Source: Nitrosopumilaceae archaeon
GTDB taxonomy: Archaea; Thermoproteota; Nitrososphaeria; Nitrososphaerales; Nitrosopumilaceae
Assembly (NCBI GenBank): GCA_965207375.1
Contig: OZ242274.1
Span: 160,001 to 224,000, forward strand
Length of the DNA: 64,000 nucleotides
Reading direction: 5' to 3'
Below the pieces are notes generated by a model. That model saw only the letters and a program-made list of their open reading frames with translations, was not told the DNA's origin and made no database searches. Position 1 is the stretch's first letter. Every line of letters starts with the position of its first letter. Below are positions 39,229-48,532 of this stretch, piece after piece. Both the position numbers and the translations under genes were made by a program.

Positions 39229-40530
39229 TCAAGTTGTGTTGTGTTGTAATATTTGTCCGTCTTGATTCCATGCTATGTTATATGTTCTAAATCCAATATC
39301 ATACAATACATCATGTGTTAATCCATAAATATTGTGACTTGCCAGCTGCCCGTTTTCATGCCAATGATAATACATTTGCATATGAGGCAAGTCTGCTTGA
39401 GTGTATCCATCCCTAACGCCACCATGTTCGTCATACCAACTCATTTGCATTTGATATTCGCCCTCTATGTACCAATAATCTCGTATCTGTCCATTTTCAT
39501 ACCAAGTATAACTCACTTGATGTCCATTTTCATCAAAATGGGTGAGACTCTGCATTTGTCTATTTTCAAACCACATTTTCTTCACCCAATGTTCATTTGT
39601 ATCATAATAACTGTAACTAAATACAGTACCGTTGGTATGGTAATAGCATTCGTATGTATCGGCAGGACATTGAGTAGGTCTTGGTTCTCCTAGCATATTT
39701 GTTGGTATGCCGTTATGTTGTATGTATACGGTACTATTCATGGTTATTTGTTGTGGGTTTGTTGTTGTTGGTATGATTTGTTGTGGGTTTGTTGTTGGGT
39801 TAACATCACGTTTAGGTATTGGTTTAGGTTCTGGATTCAATTGTGTTTTCATCTCGTCTATTATTTTTTGTTTATTCTCAACTTTCTCTTGTTTATTGGC
39901 AATCTTTCTATCCACCTTTTCTTTCAGATGATCAATCTTTGCATTTTTTTTGTCAAGTGCAGCTTCTAGTTCTGCAATCTTTGTATTTTTCTTTTCTAAT
40001 TTAGCTTCTAGTTTTACATCTTGATTTTCAGTTTGGTTGTTTTTAGCTTTTAGTTTATCTCTTAACTCGTCAATCTTTGTATTTTTGTTTTGTTTATCTT
40101 CTTTTAGTTCTGCAATCTTTGCCTCTTGTTCTGTTACCTGTGATTCAAGTGTGGTAATCTTTGAGGTTAACTCACTTGTATCAGTTGTACTTTTTTGTGA
40201 TTCAAGATATTTTACCCTAGTTTCAAGAGTTAAAATTTGATTATTCTGAACTGAAATTATATCACTTAATTTGGCTGCATTATCAACATACCTCTGAATA
40301 GATTCTTGTAGCTGAGTATTTCGGTGTTCAAATTGTGCTACGGTGTTATTCATTGTTGTAAGATCAGATTTTGCCTTGTTAAAATCTTGAACTAGAGCCT
40401 GATATTGCGCCATTACTGAATCATAGTTTACCTTCCAATCAATATCAGGAACTACATCATGTGCATAAGCTGTACCTGTTGATATTCCAATTGCTAGAAC
40501 TGCAATTATAGTATAGTGTAAAGTCTTCAC
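39229..40530 (-). CDS. Secreted coiled-coil protein with MORN-variant repeats
   Basis: MKTLHYTIIAVLAIGISTGTAYA signal; shared KIAELKEDKQNKN stalk; WYENGQ repeats. Confidence 0.8.
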   Translation of the reverse strand: MKTLHYTIIAVLAIGISTGTAYAHDVVPDIDWKVNYDSVMAQYQALVQDFNKAKSDLTTMNNTVAQFEHRNTQLQESIQRYVDNAAKLSDIISVQNNQILTLETRVKYLESQKSTTDTSELTSKITTLESQVTEQEAKIAELKEDKQNKNTKIDELRDKLKAKNNQTENQDVKLEAKLEKKNTKIAELEAALDKKNAKIDHLKEKVDRKIANKQEKVENKQKIIDEMKTQLNPEPKPIPKRDVNPTTNPQQIIPTTTNPQQITMNSTVYIQHNGIPTNMLGEPRPTQCPADTYECYYHTNGTVFSYSYYDTNEHWVKKMWFENRQMQSLTHFDENGHQVSYTWYENGQIRDYWYIEGEYQMQMSWYDEHGGVRDGYTQADLPHMQMYYHWHENGQLASHNIYGLTHDVLYDIGFRTYNIAWNQDGQILQHNTT

Positions 40531-40560
40531 TAGCTACGAACAAATTTCAGGATTATTAAA

Positions 40561-40650
40561 TCAGTCGATCAAATAGCATTCCCACTTTTCATGCATCTTG
40601 AGCAGTTTCTTATCTAGGATATGCTTTTCATGCGTGATACAATATGCCAT
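40561..40650 (-). CDS. 29-aa possible metal-binding micropeptide
   Basis: MAYCITHEKHILDKKLLKMHEKWECYLID; degenerate homolog near 16568-16630. Confidence 0.35.
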   Translation of the reverse strand: MAYCITHEKHILDKKLLKMHEKWECYLID

Positions 40651-40895
40651 GATTATAGTTACTACAAAATGACATAAAAAATTAATGTTTTAGTCTCAAA
40701 TTTGATAATTCTAACTTATCCCATCTTTGACCATATAGTTAACCAGACTGCAAAGCAAAGCATTCCAGCAGTATTTAGTATCATTTGTATTTTTATGGCC
40801 TTGTTTGGGTCTATCATTGTTTTACCTCTAGTTTTAGTTTTGGGCTAACCTGACGATCTATCCTTGGTTCAGAAGGATTGTATGGTTTCTGCTTG

Positions 40896-40975
40896 CCTGC
40901 ATGATATTCCATACATTCACAAATTACGGATATTGACTTTTGATTAGACTTGGTATGTTAAAAAATTTGTTGATT
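40896..40975. repeat. 80-bp intergenic direct repeat, copy 2
   Basis: One mismatch versus 39147-39226. Confidence 0.88.
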
Positions 40976-41510
40976 AGGGATCAACTAGGTCAGGTAACTC
41001 ATTACATACACCATTAGACAAACGGTATGGTTTATCTGTAGGACAATTAGGATCAATGTCCCAATTAAGCCTAAGAGGTTCAGGACTTGTCCAGCAATCG
41101 CCATCAGATCGAAGATATGGATAACCAGCAAAACATCCATCAATTAAAGTAAAATCCTCATGATAAAACATGGCATAATCGTAATAATCTGAACGCTGTG
41201 CAATTGACTCAATTTCTGCCCTTATGTCATAATATTGACTATATGTAGAATGTGTTATAAAATCCACACATGTTTCCTCTGTAATATATTCAGAAAGAGT
41301 TTGAGATTTAATTCCTACTGGACTAAGTGCAAATTCAAAAGGACTTTCATAGGCCAAGTCTGTCATTGTATGCAAAGCCTCAATATGATCCTTGACTTTT
41401 TCTTCACATTCCCAATCGACATGCGAATATGTGTTAATAATAAAACTACTCAAAAATCCTGCACCTGCAATCGCAAAAAGAATGATACTGATTTTAATGG
41501 TTATGTGCAT
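40974..41510 (-). CDS. Secreted/membrane-anchored protein with Cys-containing C-terminal repeats
   Basis: N-terminal hydrophobic segment; CFAGYPYLRSDGDC / CPTDKPYRLSNGVC repeats. Confidence 0.7.
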   Translation of the reverse strand: MHITIKISIILFAIAGAGFLSSFIINTYSHVDWECEEKVKDHIEALHTMTDLAYESPFEFALSPVGIKSQTLSEYITEETCVDFITHSTYSQYYDIRAEIESIAQRSDYYDYAMFYHEDFTLIDGCFAGYPYLRSDGDCWTSPEPLRLNWDIDPNCPTDKPYRLSNGVCNELPDLVDP

Positions 41511-41525
41511 TAGTTAGAACGCTCA

Positions 41526-42569
41526 TTAACAGAAATATTGTTTTTCATTTTCATCATAACAAAAATGTGAACGGACAGAACCATCATCAAAATAAGTTGT
41601 GTGTGTTGTAGGTTTACCGTGTTGATCATACATAGTCATAGCCCACGCATACCTATTTGAAGGACCGTCATAATGTGATTTTTTAGGTTCACATGAACCA
41701 CTGTATGGGTAATAACATTCAGTAGTAGCTTGGCCAGGTTGGTCATAGAATGTATTCTGTTTATATACAGTACCGCCCGTTGTCCATTTGGTAACTGATT
41801 CCCATCTTCCACTTTCATAATACACTATTGTTATAGTAGGTGATTGTGTAGGGTCATGACTGCCCCAATAAGTCGATTTAGATTTTGTTTTACCACTATC
41901 ATAATAGGAATAACAGATCATTCCCCAATCACGAGCGCCGCCTGTAAACTTATCACCGTAAGGGACACATTTTTCATCTGGATTTGGCGGGATCCATTTT
42001 GTTGGTATTTGAACCGTCTGGTTTTTTGATTCAATCTCACTCATTTGAGCCTTCATATTGTTAATCTTGTTATTTTTCCTATCAACTTTCTTTTCTAATT
42101 TTTCAATGGTCTCTTTTTGTTCTGCAATAGTGTTTTTCAATTTGGCAATCTTTTCATTCTTGTTATCCACTTTGGTGTTCTTAGCCTCTAGTTTCTCTTT
42201 TAATTTCTCCAGATAAGATACATCTGAAAAACTGCTATGACTTAGTAAGGGCAATCCTAACATCTTTTCAATCTCGGTCTCAATGTACAAGTGCCTATTT
42301 TCATAGGCTACAAAGTCCAAAATTCCCTCTTTATACTCTAAAGCCAGTTCTGTATATGCTGCCTTTTTGGCCTCATCTGTAGTTAAACCATCAAAATGAT
42401 CTGCATATTGTTGATAAATTGAGTTACGATAAACCTCATCAGAGGCAAAACGATCCCGTTCATTTAATGCAGATTGAAGATTTGCATAATAATCCGTAGT
42501 AGCATAAACTGTGCCTGTTGATATTCCAATTGCCAAAACTACAATAATTGTAATGTGTAAAGTCTTCAC
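41526..42569 (-). CDS. Secreted coiled-coil protein with MORN-variant repeats
   Basis: Same signal peptide family; YYDSGK, YYESGR and YFDDGS repeats. Confidence 0.8.
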   Translation of the reverse strand: MKTLHITIIVVLAIGISTGTVYATTDYYANLQSALNERDRFASDEVYRNSIYQQYADHFDGLTTDEAKKAAYTELALEYKEGILDFVAYENRHLYIETEIEKMLGLPLLSHSSFSDVSYLEKLKEKLEAKNTKVDNKNEKIAKLKNTIAEQKETIEKLEKKVDRKNNKINNMKAQMSEIESKNQTVQIPTKWIPPNPDEKCVPYGDKFTGGARDWGMICYSYYDSGKTKSKSTYWGSHDPTQSPTITIVYYESGRWESVTKWTTGGTVYKQNTFYDQPGQATTECYYPYSGSCEPKKSHYDGPSNRYAWAMTMYDQHGKPTTHTTYFDDGSVRSHFCYDENEKQYFC

Positions 42570-42927
42570 TAGATTTTGATAAAAAAGAGTATAATTAAAC
42601 GGTTCTATGATCCTTCTGTGGTCCAGGATAGATTATGTACTGCCTGCATCCTGCCTACAGTTTCCCATTTTACTGTCATACAAACATGTCTTGGATTTTT
42701 AATACCATGATAGGTATAGGTTTGTGCCTTGTTTACGGCCATGTATATCCTTAATGAGGATTATTAATAAGACTGCCGTATATCGCACAATTTGTAGGGC
42801 ATTGCAGGCACTTGTCAAGTATTAGACTTGGATTGTCTTGTAAAAATATGCTTGCCCATCAAAAGAATATTTCTCCCATTACATCATGATGTGTCGACTT
42901 TATCATGATATATTAAAACTAAACTGT

Positions 42928-43020
42928 AGGCTAAGTCTATACGCTTGGGTCATTTGGGTCCGTAAACCAAAATTCATGGTTAGCAGGGTTATCGTCATCT
43001 GTTTCGACATGCAGTGCAGT
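42928..43020 (-). pseudogene. Orphan 3' fragment of a terminase paralog
   Basis: Encodes ...VETDDDNPANHEFWFTDPNDPSV*; 45 bp identical to 43848-43892. Confidence 0.8.
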
Positions 43021-43160
43021 ATGTACGTGCAGTCAGATCTTGGTTACTTGTTCATCTCGTACTTAATTTTTCAATCATTACACCTGGGCACAAATTAACT
43101 CTATTACGTTAAAGCTAAATACGTTAAAGCTAAATTAGGTCATGACAACCTGCAAACAAG

Positions 43161-43511
43161 TTGGCACTTGAATTACCTAAATCACCTGATGTTCCTGAAT
43201 TACACCGTGAACCAATTAAACAACAAGCATGGTACTTACAGATTAAAGATGAAATTCCTAACAGTAAAAGACCAATAGATAAAATGTCTATTGCTGAAAT
43301 TTTAGAAATGTATCAAAACAATGACTTTGTTTGTGACGATTGCGGTTCCAAAATGGGAAAAATGAACTGCACATTAAAGGAGCATATTGCACATGTGATT
43401 AATCCTATAGTTCATTGGAGTTGTGAGGACTGTATTATACAAGCCATACGAAATGGTAGAGTAATAGCATCCACTGCAACCACAGACAAATGGAAATTAT
43501 CCAATCGTTGA
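43161..43511 (+). CDS. Zinc-binding hypothetical protein
   Basis: CDDC...CEDC. Confidence 0.6.
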   Translation: MALELPKSPDVPELHREPIKQQAWYLQIKDEIPNSKRPIDKMSIAEILEMYQNNDFVCDDCGSKMGKMNCTLKEHIAHVINPIVHWSCEDCIIQAIRNGRVIASTATTDKWKLSNR

Positions 43512-43555
43512 AATTTTGATCTACGTATATAACGTGTAGATGCAGTGTATGTTAC

Positions 43556-43810
43556 ATGATTGAATATGAAATAACATGTGTCAGAAAAGATGATGAAAAA
43601 ATAACTCATGTGAAATTTGACGACAAAGTTCGTGAGGTTAGAGAAGCAGTTGAAGGGCTGCAGGCTAAAAAATATTCCCTCTACACATACAAAGATAAAC
43701 AAAAAGTATCTGTTGAGCCACAACGGTCAAAAGTAAATGGTACTTGGTTTTTGACCACAGAACCAGACAATACTAAAGAAAACAACTTGGGCTTTTTACC
43801 TAATTGTTAA
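43556..43810 (+). CDS. DUF3892 family protein
   Basis: YEITCVRK...FLTTEPDNTKENNLGFLPNC pattern. Confidence 0.75.
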   Translation: MIEYEITCVRKDDEKITHVKFDDKVREVREAVEGLQAKKYSLYTYKDKQKVSVEPQRSKVNGTWFLTTEPDNTKENNLGFLPNC

Positions 43811-43856
43811 TTTTTTTTCTTTTACATTTGCCAGTCATAAATCAAACAGGCTAAGT

Positions 43857-45413
43857 CTATACGCTTGGGTCATTTGGGTCCGTAAACCAAAACTCGTGAT
43901 TTGCAGGATTATCTTCGTCTGTTTGAACCTTTATCGCTACGGCAAGGAAAACTAGAGACATTAGGAAATCATCATTTCTGTTTGGCATTAAGGAAAAGCG
44001 TAATACTGTATTGCCTCCGGACTTTGTTACTATATGGGATTCCTCTGCCGTTAGATGTTCTATACTCCATTCTGTATCTGCGTTCAATGGTATAGTTATT
44101 TTAGAATTTTGCCAATCCTCAAACCAGGATATTACCTTTTGAACAAAATTGGATTTATCAACTGAAACTTGGTCTTGTTCCTCAATCTTGCTATAGTTTA
44201 TGATATTGGCAGGGTTTTCGCCTAAAGACACTTTGATTACCTTGTTGGCAGATTCTAGGATTTGTAATGCTCCTGTATTTCCTCCTATATCCGCATAGGT
44301 ATAATCAGGTTTGTAATAGTCTATTATCGTTTTTACCTTATCGCCTAGTTCCTGCACGTTTGAATCATTGTACCTGTGGATTGAAACAATTTTGATTTTA
44401 TAATCTTGTTGTTTGATTTGTTCTTCTGTACCTATTACCTGCGCTAATGTAACTACCGTAAAAGCGTCGCCTCCGCTTGCCCAATCAATGCAGGCGTATA
44501 GTTTGGATTCTTCTGATTTTTCTATTTCGGCAGGCTGTAATAATCTTATATCGTCTTTGTAAGATTCTTTTACTAAACTATAAGGCAATGGGATTTTAGC
44601 ACCTACCGAAAATCTTCCCAATACTTCAAAATCAAATTTAGATTGCAGGTAGGTCTTGCGTTTATGCTCTATTTCTTCTTTGGTAATATTGGGCATCATT
44701 AGTTGGTTTATTGCATATCCGTGGTTTATGCCCGTTGGATTTTGGTTTACCCACTGTTTCCCATTCCATTCGGCTTGAGTGGTACTTTGATAATATCTGT
44801 GCCAAGCCGATCCTTCGTATGCTCCGGTTCCTGTGACGATTAGTTTGCCATGTTTAGATTGTGCCATTGCTTCTATAAGGTTGGGCAAACCGTCTAAATC
44901 CGTGTCTTGGCATTCGTCTAAATAGCAAAAGTCCGCGTCTATTGAACGGGCTTGCTTGAACTCCGAATATCCGGATAAAATGTATAATGTTGAGCCATTG
45001 GGAAAGTAATACCTTGAGATAATCTTATCCTTTGTATCTGTCGGTAAGGGGGTTTTATCCAATATATGATTGAGTTTATCCTGTGAAAATATCCTAACCT
45101 TATCAATACTAGAAGTTACGTAAATATGATTAGTATATGGATAAAGTAGGGCATTATGGACTATTTTGGCGATAATATAGGTAGTCATCCCGACCTGCCG
45201 CCCTTTTCGGATTACTATAATTTTTGATTCGTCTTGGCATATATCGTGTAACCATTCCCTACCTTCAAACGAATATTGGCCGTTGCGTAGGGTGATAAAC
45301 TCCTTTAGGAATTTTGTAAAAACCCGTGATATTTCTATTTGATTACCGCTTGCAGGGATTGATTTCTCAATCTCTGATAACAACGGGGTTTGTCGCGTCT
45401 TGATTTTTGCCAT
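43857..45413 (-). CDS. Terminase large subunit-like protein (ATPase + RNase H-like nuclease)
   Basis: Walker A-like KGRQVGMTT, Walker B CYLDE, IDWASGGD and NDDFLMS acidic nuclease motifs. Confidence 0.82.
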   Translation of the reverse strand: MAKIKTRQTPLLSEIEKSIPASGNQIEISRVFTKFLKEFITLRNGQYSFEGREWLHDICQDESKIIVIRKGRQVGMTTYIIAKIVHNALLYPYTNHIYVTSSIDKVRIFSQDKLNHILDKTPLPTDTKDKIISRYYFPNGSTLYILSGYSEFKQARSIDADFCYLDECQDTDLDGLPNLIEAMAQSKHGKLIVTGTGAYEGSAWHRYYQSTTQAEWNGKQWVNQNPTGINHGYAINQLMMPNITKEEIEHKRKTYLQSKFDFEVLGRFSVGAKIPLPYSLVKESYKDDIRLLQPAEIEKSEESKLYACIDWASGGDAFTVVTLAQVIGTEEQIKQQDYKIKIVSIHRYNDSNVQELGDKVKTIIDYYKPDYTYADIGGNTGALQILESANKVIKVSLGENPANIINYSKIEEQDQVSVDKSNFVQKVISWFEDWQNSKITIPLNADTEWSIEHLTAEESHIVTKSGGNTVLRFSLMPNRNDDFLMSLVFLAVAIKVQTDEDNPANHEFWFTDPNDPSV

Positions 45414-45807
45414 TGATCGTATCCCTGAATACCATTAGTAACGGTAATGATTCCATTAAGAATCTTAGTGAATCTTCTGTATTGTTGATTGTGTCTGCTA
45501 TTGCCGCTTTGGTTCTAGGTTGTGGACATTCCCTTAATGTTTCTTCTAGGTGCTGAATCCGTTGTTTCTTCTGCAAAGCCATTGTCCTAATCGTTTCTAA
45601 ATAGCCTGCCTTGGCTTGGTCATTAATCCATTCGTCGTTAGTTTCTCTTAGCCTTTTCAAATATCGATATATGGCATTCCTTGATATTTTCGTACCCTTT
45701 GATCTTAGTATTTTTTGAATCTCTGTAGGGGATAACGTTCCCTGAGTATAAACTACATCCCGCACGGCATTAAATTTTTCAACTGTTGTCTTTCTCATGC
45801 TTGACAT
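45367..45807 (-). CDS. HTH protein, putative terminase small subunit
   Basis: N-terminal HTH (ISRNAIYRYLK) plus helical region; directly upstream of and overlapping terL. Confidence 0.6.
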   Translation of the reverse strand: MSSMRKTTVEKFNAVRDVVYTQGTLSPTEIQKILRSKGTKISRNAIYRYLKRLRETNDEWINDQAKAGYLETIRTMALQKKQRIQHLEETLRECPQPRTKAAIADTINNTEDSLRFLMESLPLLMVFRDTINGKNQDATNPVVIRD

Positions 45808-46059
45808 GATACAATTAATATTGACACGATATATAACAACTAACTTTTGTGTTCCAAAAAGGCATTAATGGTGTTCCAAAAACGATTAAAAATTGTTGAA
45901 AAGTGATAAAAAAAGGTTCAAGGTAGATTGGTAGGCGTATATCCGCGTCCAGACCACAGAATGCCTGTTTGTTGTAGTGTGATGAGGGCTGCAATGTCAG
46001 GGTCAGACGAGATATTGCCAAATTCGTTGAAAAAAGACGGAGCATCATTGGAAATACAT

Positions 46060-47141
46060 AGAGGTGATCCGTAATTATTTTTTATGCGTGCCTACTGCCA
46101 TCCAGATGCCCTGTTTCAGTCAGGCCATCTGATCTAACCGCCACAATATGCTGCGGTTTACCAAACCGCACACAATATCATTGATCCGGTCGTATTTTAT
46201 GAGTGGATTCCTGTATACGTTTCCCATAATACGCCATGTTTTGACCCTGCGTATTGCATGTTCTACATATACACGAATCTTTGAGTGGATTTTGTTGTAT
46301 TCTTTTTGCCCTTCTGTGAGCTTTGCACCCTTTTTCTTTTTGATTGGGGTGCACAGTGTCCCTCCGGGAACCTCAGGTGCCCCTTGGTATCCTCTGTCTG
46401 CATATATGGTGACCTGTGCTTCATCAGGTATTTTCTCTGGAAATGTTGGAGGTTTTTTCTTGTATACTGTAACGTCATGTACTTTTCCGGGTGAATGACG
46501 TGTCTTGTGCACGATTAGTCCATGCGTGTTAGTCGTATATTGTATCTTAGAGGTGTGCGCTCCTGCCTTGCCAGAATAGTGAGATTTTTCCATGTCTTTG
46601 CGTTCGGGCCTTTGTATTTCCTGTTCTGAGGCATCAACAAGACATCTGAGACCTGGAAGAATCTCTTCTAATTCCTCAATGGAGGAAATTCTCTTCATCT
46701 GGTCGTGTATCTTGGTAGGTATTGGAATGCATAGTTTGAGGATGGGCTCTATATGTGTAATAGAGCGCGATACTGATGCTTGTCCTATTTCAAACATGAC
46801 TGCTGCTACATCTTGTGTGCAGTATGTACGATAGTAAAACAAAAGTAGCATCACCTGGTCTCGTACATTTAATGCGAATCTGCGGCCTGCACCTATTGCG
46901 CGCACTCTGTTTTCTCTAGAGAGTCTCTTTTTTTCTGCTCTTGGATACTTTTTTTCCACCTTAGATACTAACAAATCAAATTCTTTGGCAGACATGCCTG
47001 TTATGGCACGAAATCTTCTGGTATTTTTTACCAGTTTTTCATAGGACATCATGAGTTGTGGTAGATTCGGGTGATATTTGGATCTTTTTGGTATTGCTAG
47101 GCGTGAAATTTAGGGAAATTTGCTAATTACGAATCACATCT
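46060..47141 (-). mobile_element. IS5/ISL2-like insertion sequence (1082 bp)
   Basis: TIRs AGAGGTGATCCGTAATTA / AGATGTGATTCGTAATTA; 3-bp TSD CAT. Confidence 0.85.
46120..47052 (-). CDS. DDE transposase (HTH_Tnp_4 + DDE_Tnp_4)
   Basis: FRAITG, VDASEQEIQRP, YSGK, ADRGYQG and RVYVEHAI motifs. Confidence 0.9.
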   Translation of the reverse strand: MMSYEKLVKNTRRFRAITGMSAKEFDLLVSKVEKKYPRAEKKRLSRENRVRAIGAGRRFALNVRDQVMLLLFYYRTYCTQDVAAVMFEIGQASVSRSITHIEPILKLCIPIPTKIHDQMKRISSIEELEEILPGLRCLVDASEQEIQRPERKDMEKSHYSGKAGAHTSKIQYTTNTHGLIVHKTRHSPGKVHDVTVYKKKPPTFPEKIPDEAQVTIYADRGYQGAPEVPGGTLCTPIKKKKGAKLTEGQKEYNKIHSKIRVYVEHAIRRVKTWRIMGNVYRNPLIKYDRINDIVCGLVNRSILWRLDQMA

Positions 47142-47224
47142 CATTATTATCTCTAGTCATAATCGGAAAGCCTAGGTCCAAGGTAGGGAAAAGTCTGGTA
47201 AAAAGGTTCAAAGGCGGCAAAACA

Positions 47225-48127
47225 TTATAGTTTTGCATCGTCTGAGAACAGTGATTCTGCAAACTCTTGTTTAACTGTCTTTTTTGTGGTTTTAATCTTC
47301 TCGAACCTGTCCACTGTAGTTCCGTTAGGCATAGGCTTGGTATAATATCTCAGCATCGTATCATTAAACTCTTCAATCTCCAACTCTACGTCTTTCTTTG
47401 AGAATTTTGTTCGTATCTTGTCGATATGCAGGTGATAGTGATACAATATCCATCTTTTAACGTCAGGCAGTAGATAATGTCCAGACGTAACGGAAAGATG
47501 ATCTGAAATTTTACCCAAAATGACGCATAAACCAAGTATTCCATAATAATCATGAATTATGGGATGACGGCTGTTTGTAATGTGGATTTGGATAGTTTTT
47601 GGATATATGACTGCCTTTACAGGTACATCAAGGTCACTTACCGGTATTTGTATCTGGATGGAACTGTTTTCAGGATGTGGTTCTCTCCCTCTTTCAACTA
47701 GCATCCGGTGCAGATTAGGATCATGGAAGCGTACTGCAATGTCATGAATCTTCAAGGCGTAGCCATGCAAGCCTTCTAGGTATTGATGTAACGGATTAGA
47801 CCCTACCCCCGTGGGCTCATGTGTTACGGGTTTTTGATAATATGGCATGTCAATTCCCTTGAGTTTGTACCAAGTAGGCTTACCTTTTTGCTCGATTTCA
47901 ATATAGTTTATGCATTTATGTACCCTTTGCCTGAATAGAGGGGCAGAATAGCCAAGTTCTTTAAAAACAATGGAGGTAAATGCACACTTTTCTCGCTTGA
48001 CAAAATCATAACAGTGACGCAAAAATTCCCTGTTTTTCTTTGTAAGTTTACCATGTGGGCAACTGTTAAGCCAATCTGTGAATCCAAGTGTTACAAAATC
48101 ATCTGGTTCAGGTCGCTTGGCACTCAA
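47225..48127 (-). CDS. Hypothetical protein, candidate replication/DNA-binding protein of the element
   Basis: 300-aa ORF with wHTH-like N-terminal half; position in the element backbone; function inferred. Confidence 0.55.
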   Translation of the reverse strand: MSAKRPEPDDFVTLGFTDWLNSCPHGKLTKKNREFLRHCYDFVKREKCAFTSIVFKELGYSAPLFRQRVHKCINYIEIEQKGKPTWYKLKGIDMPYYQKPVTHEPTGVGSNPLHQYLEGLHGYALKIHDIAVRFHDPNLHRMLVERGREPHPENSSIQIQIPVSDLDVPVKAVIYPKTIQIHITNSRHPIIHDYYGILGLCVILGKISDHLSVTSGHYLLPDVKRWILYHYHLHIDKIRTKFSKKDVELEIEEFNDTMLRYYTKPMPNGTTVDRFEKIKTTKKTVKQEFAESLFSDDAKL

Positions 48128-48202
48128 TTTAGAAAACCTCGCTTTTGAAAAATTTGAAGATGTTTAGAATACTATAGGAATGGTTGTTTTGTGTAGCGCA
48201 GA

Positions 48203-48352
48203 TCATGATAACTTAACCTCTGTAATTACGTGGCGTAATGGGTTATCTGCATAACATTTCTTACATAGTTCGAGTTCGTAATTGCCTCCAGACCCACCGT
48301 CTAGAATAACCTTGACAAATTTTTTTGTTTTGCACTTACAATGGTAATTCAA
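48203..48352 (-). CDS. 49-aa zinc-binding microprotein
   Basis: MNYHCKCKTKKFVKVILDGGSGGNYELELCKKCYADNPLRHVITEVKLS; GGAGG upstream. Confidence 0.45.
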   Translation of the reverse strand: MNYHCKCKTKKFVKVILDGGSGGNYELELCKKCYADNPLRHVITEVKLS

Positions 48353-48480
48353 TGTTTTTGTGCCTCCCAACATTCAAGTAATCGAAGTAGAATCTGTTCA
48401 AAACTATCGCCTTTTGCACCTAACAGAGCGATCTTGTCTTTGGTTTCTTTTGATAAAGACATTGTAGTAATTTTTGCCAT
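48349..48480 (-). pseudogene. Small RHH/antitoxin-like DNA-binding protein, frameshifted in an A-run
   Basis: Frame ...LLSKETKDKIALLGAKGDSFEQILLRLLECWEAQKH is out of phase with the ATG at 48480 by one A. Confidence 0.4.
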
Positions 48481-48508
48481 ATGGATAATTACACGAATTA
48501 ATCATATA

Positions 48509-48528
48509 TAGTGTAGTGAACTACACTA
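48509..48528. promoter_or_regulatory. Perfect palindromic operator-like site
   Basis: TAGTGTAGT-GA-ACTACACTA between divergent genes, 4 bp before the ATG at 48533. Confidence 0.6.
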
Positions 48529-48532
48529 GTGT

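Noticed and set aside
39147-40975. CRISPR array
   Set aside because: Only two 80-bp copies 1.7 kb apart, no regular spacers and no cas genes
43105-43134. Tandem 15-bp duplication TACGTTAAAGCTAAA x2
   Set aside because: A two-copy slippage duplication with no further evidence of function
42928-43940. Possible diversity-generating retroelement TR/VR pair at the terL 3' end
   Set aside because: Differences are mostly synonymous and not adenine-specific, and no reverse transcriptase is present in the window
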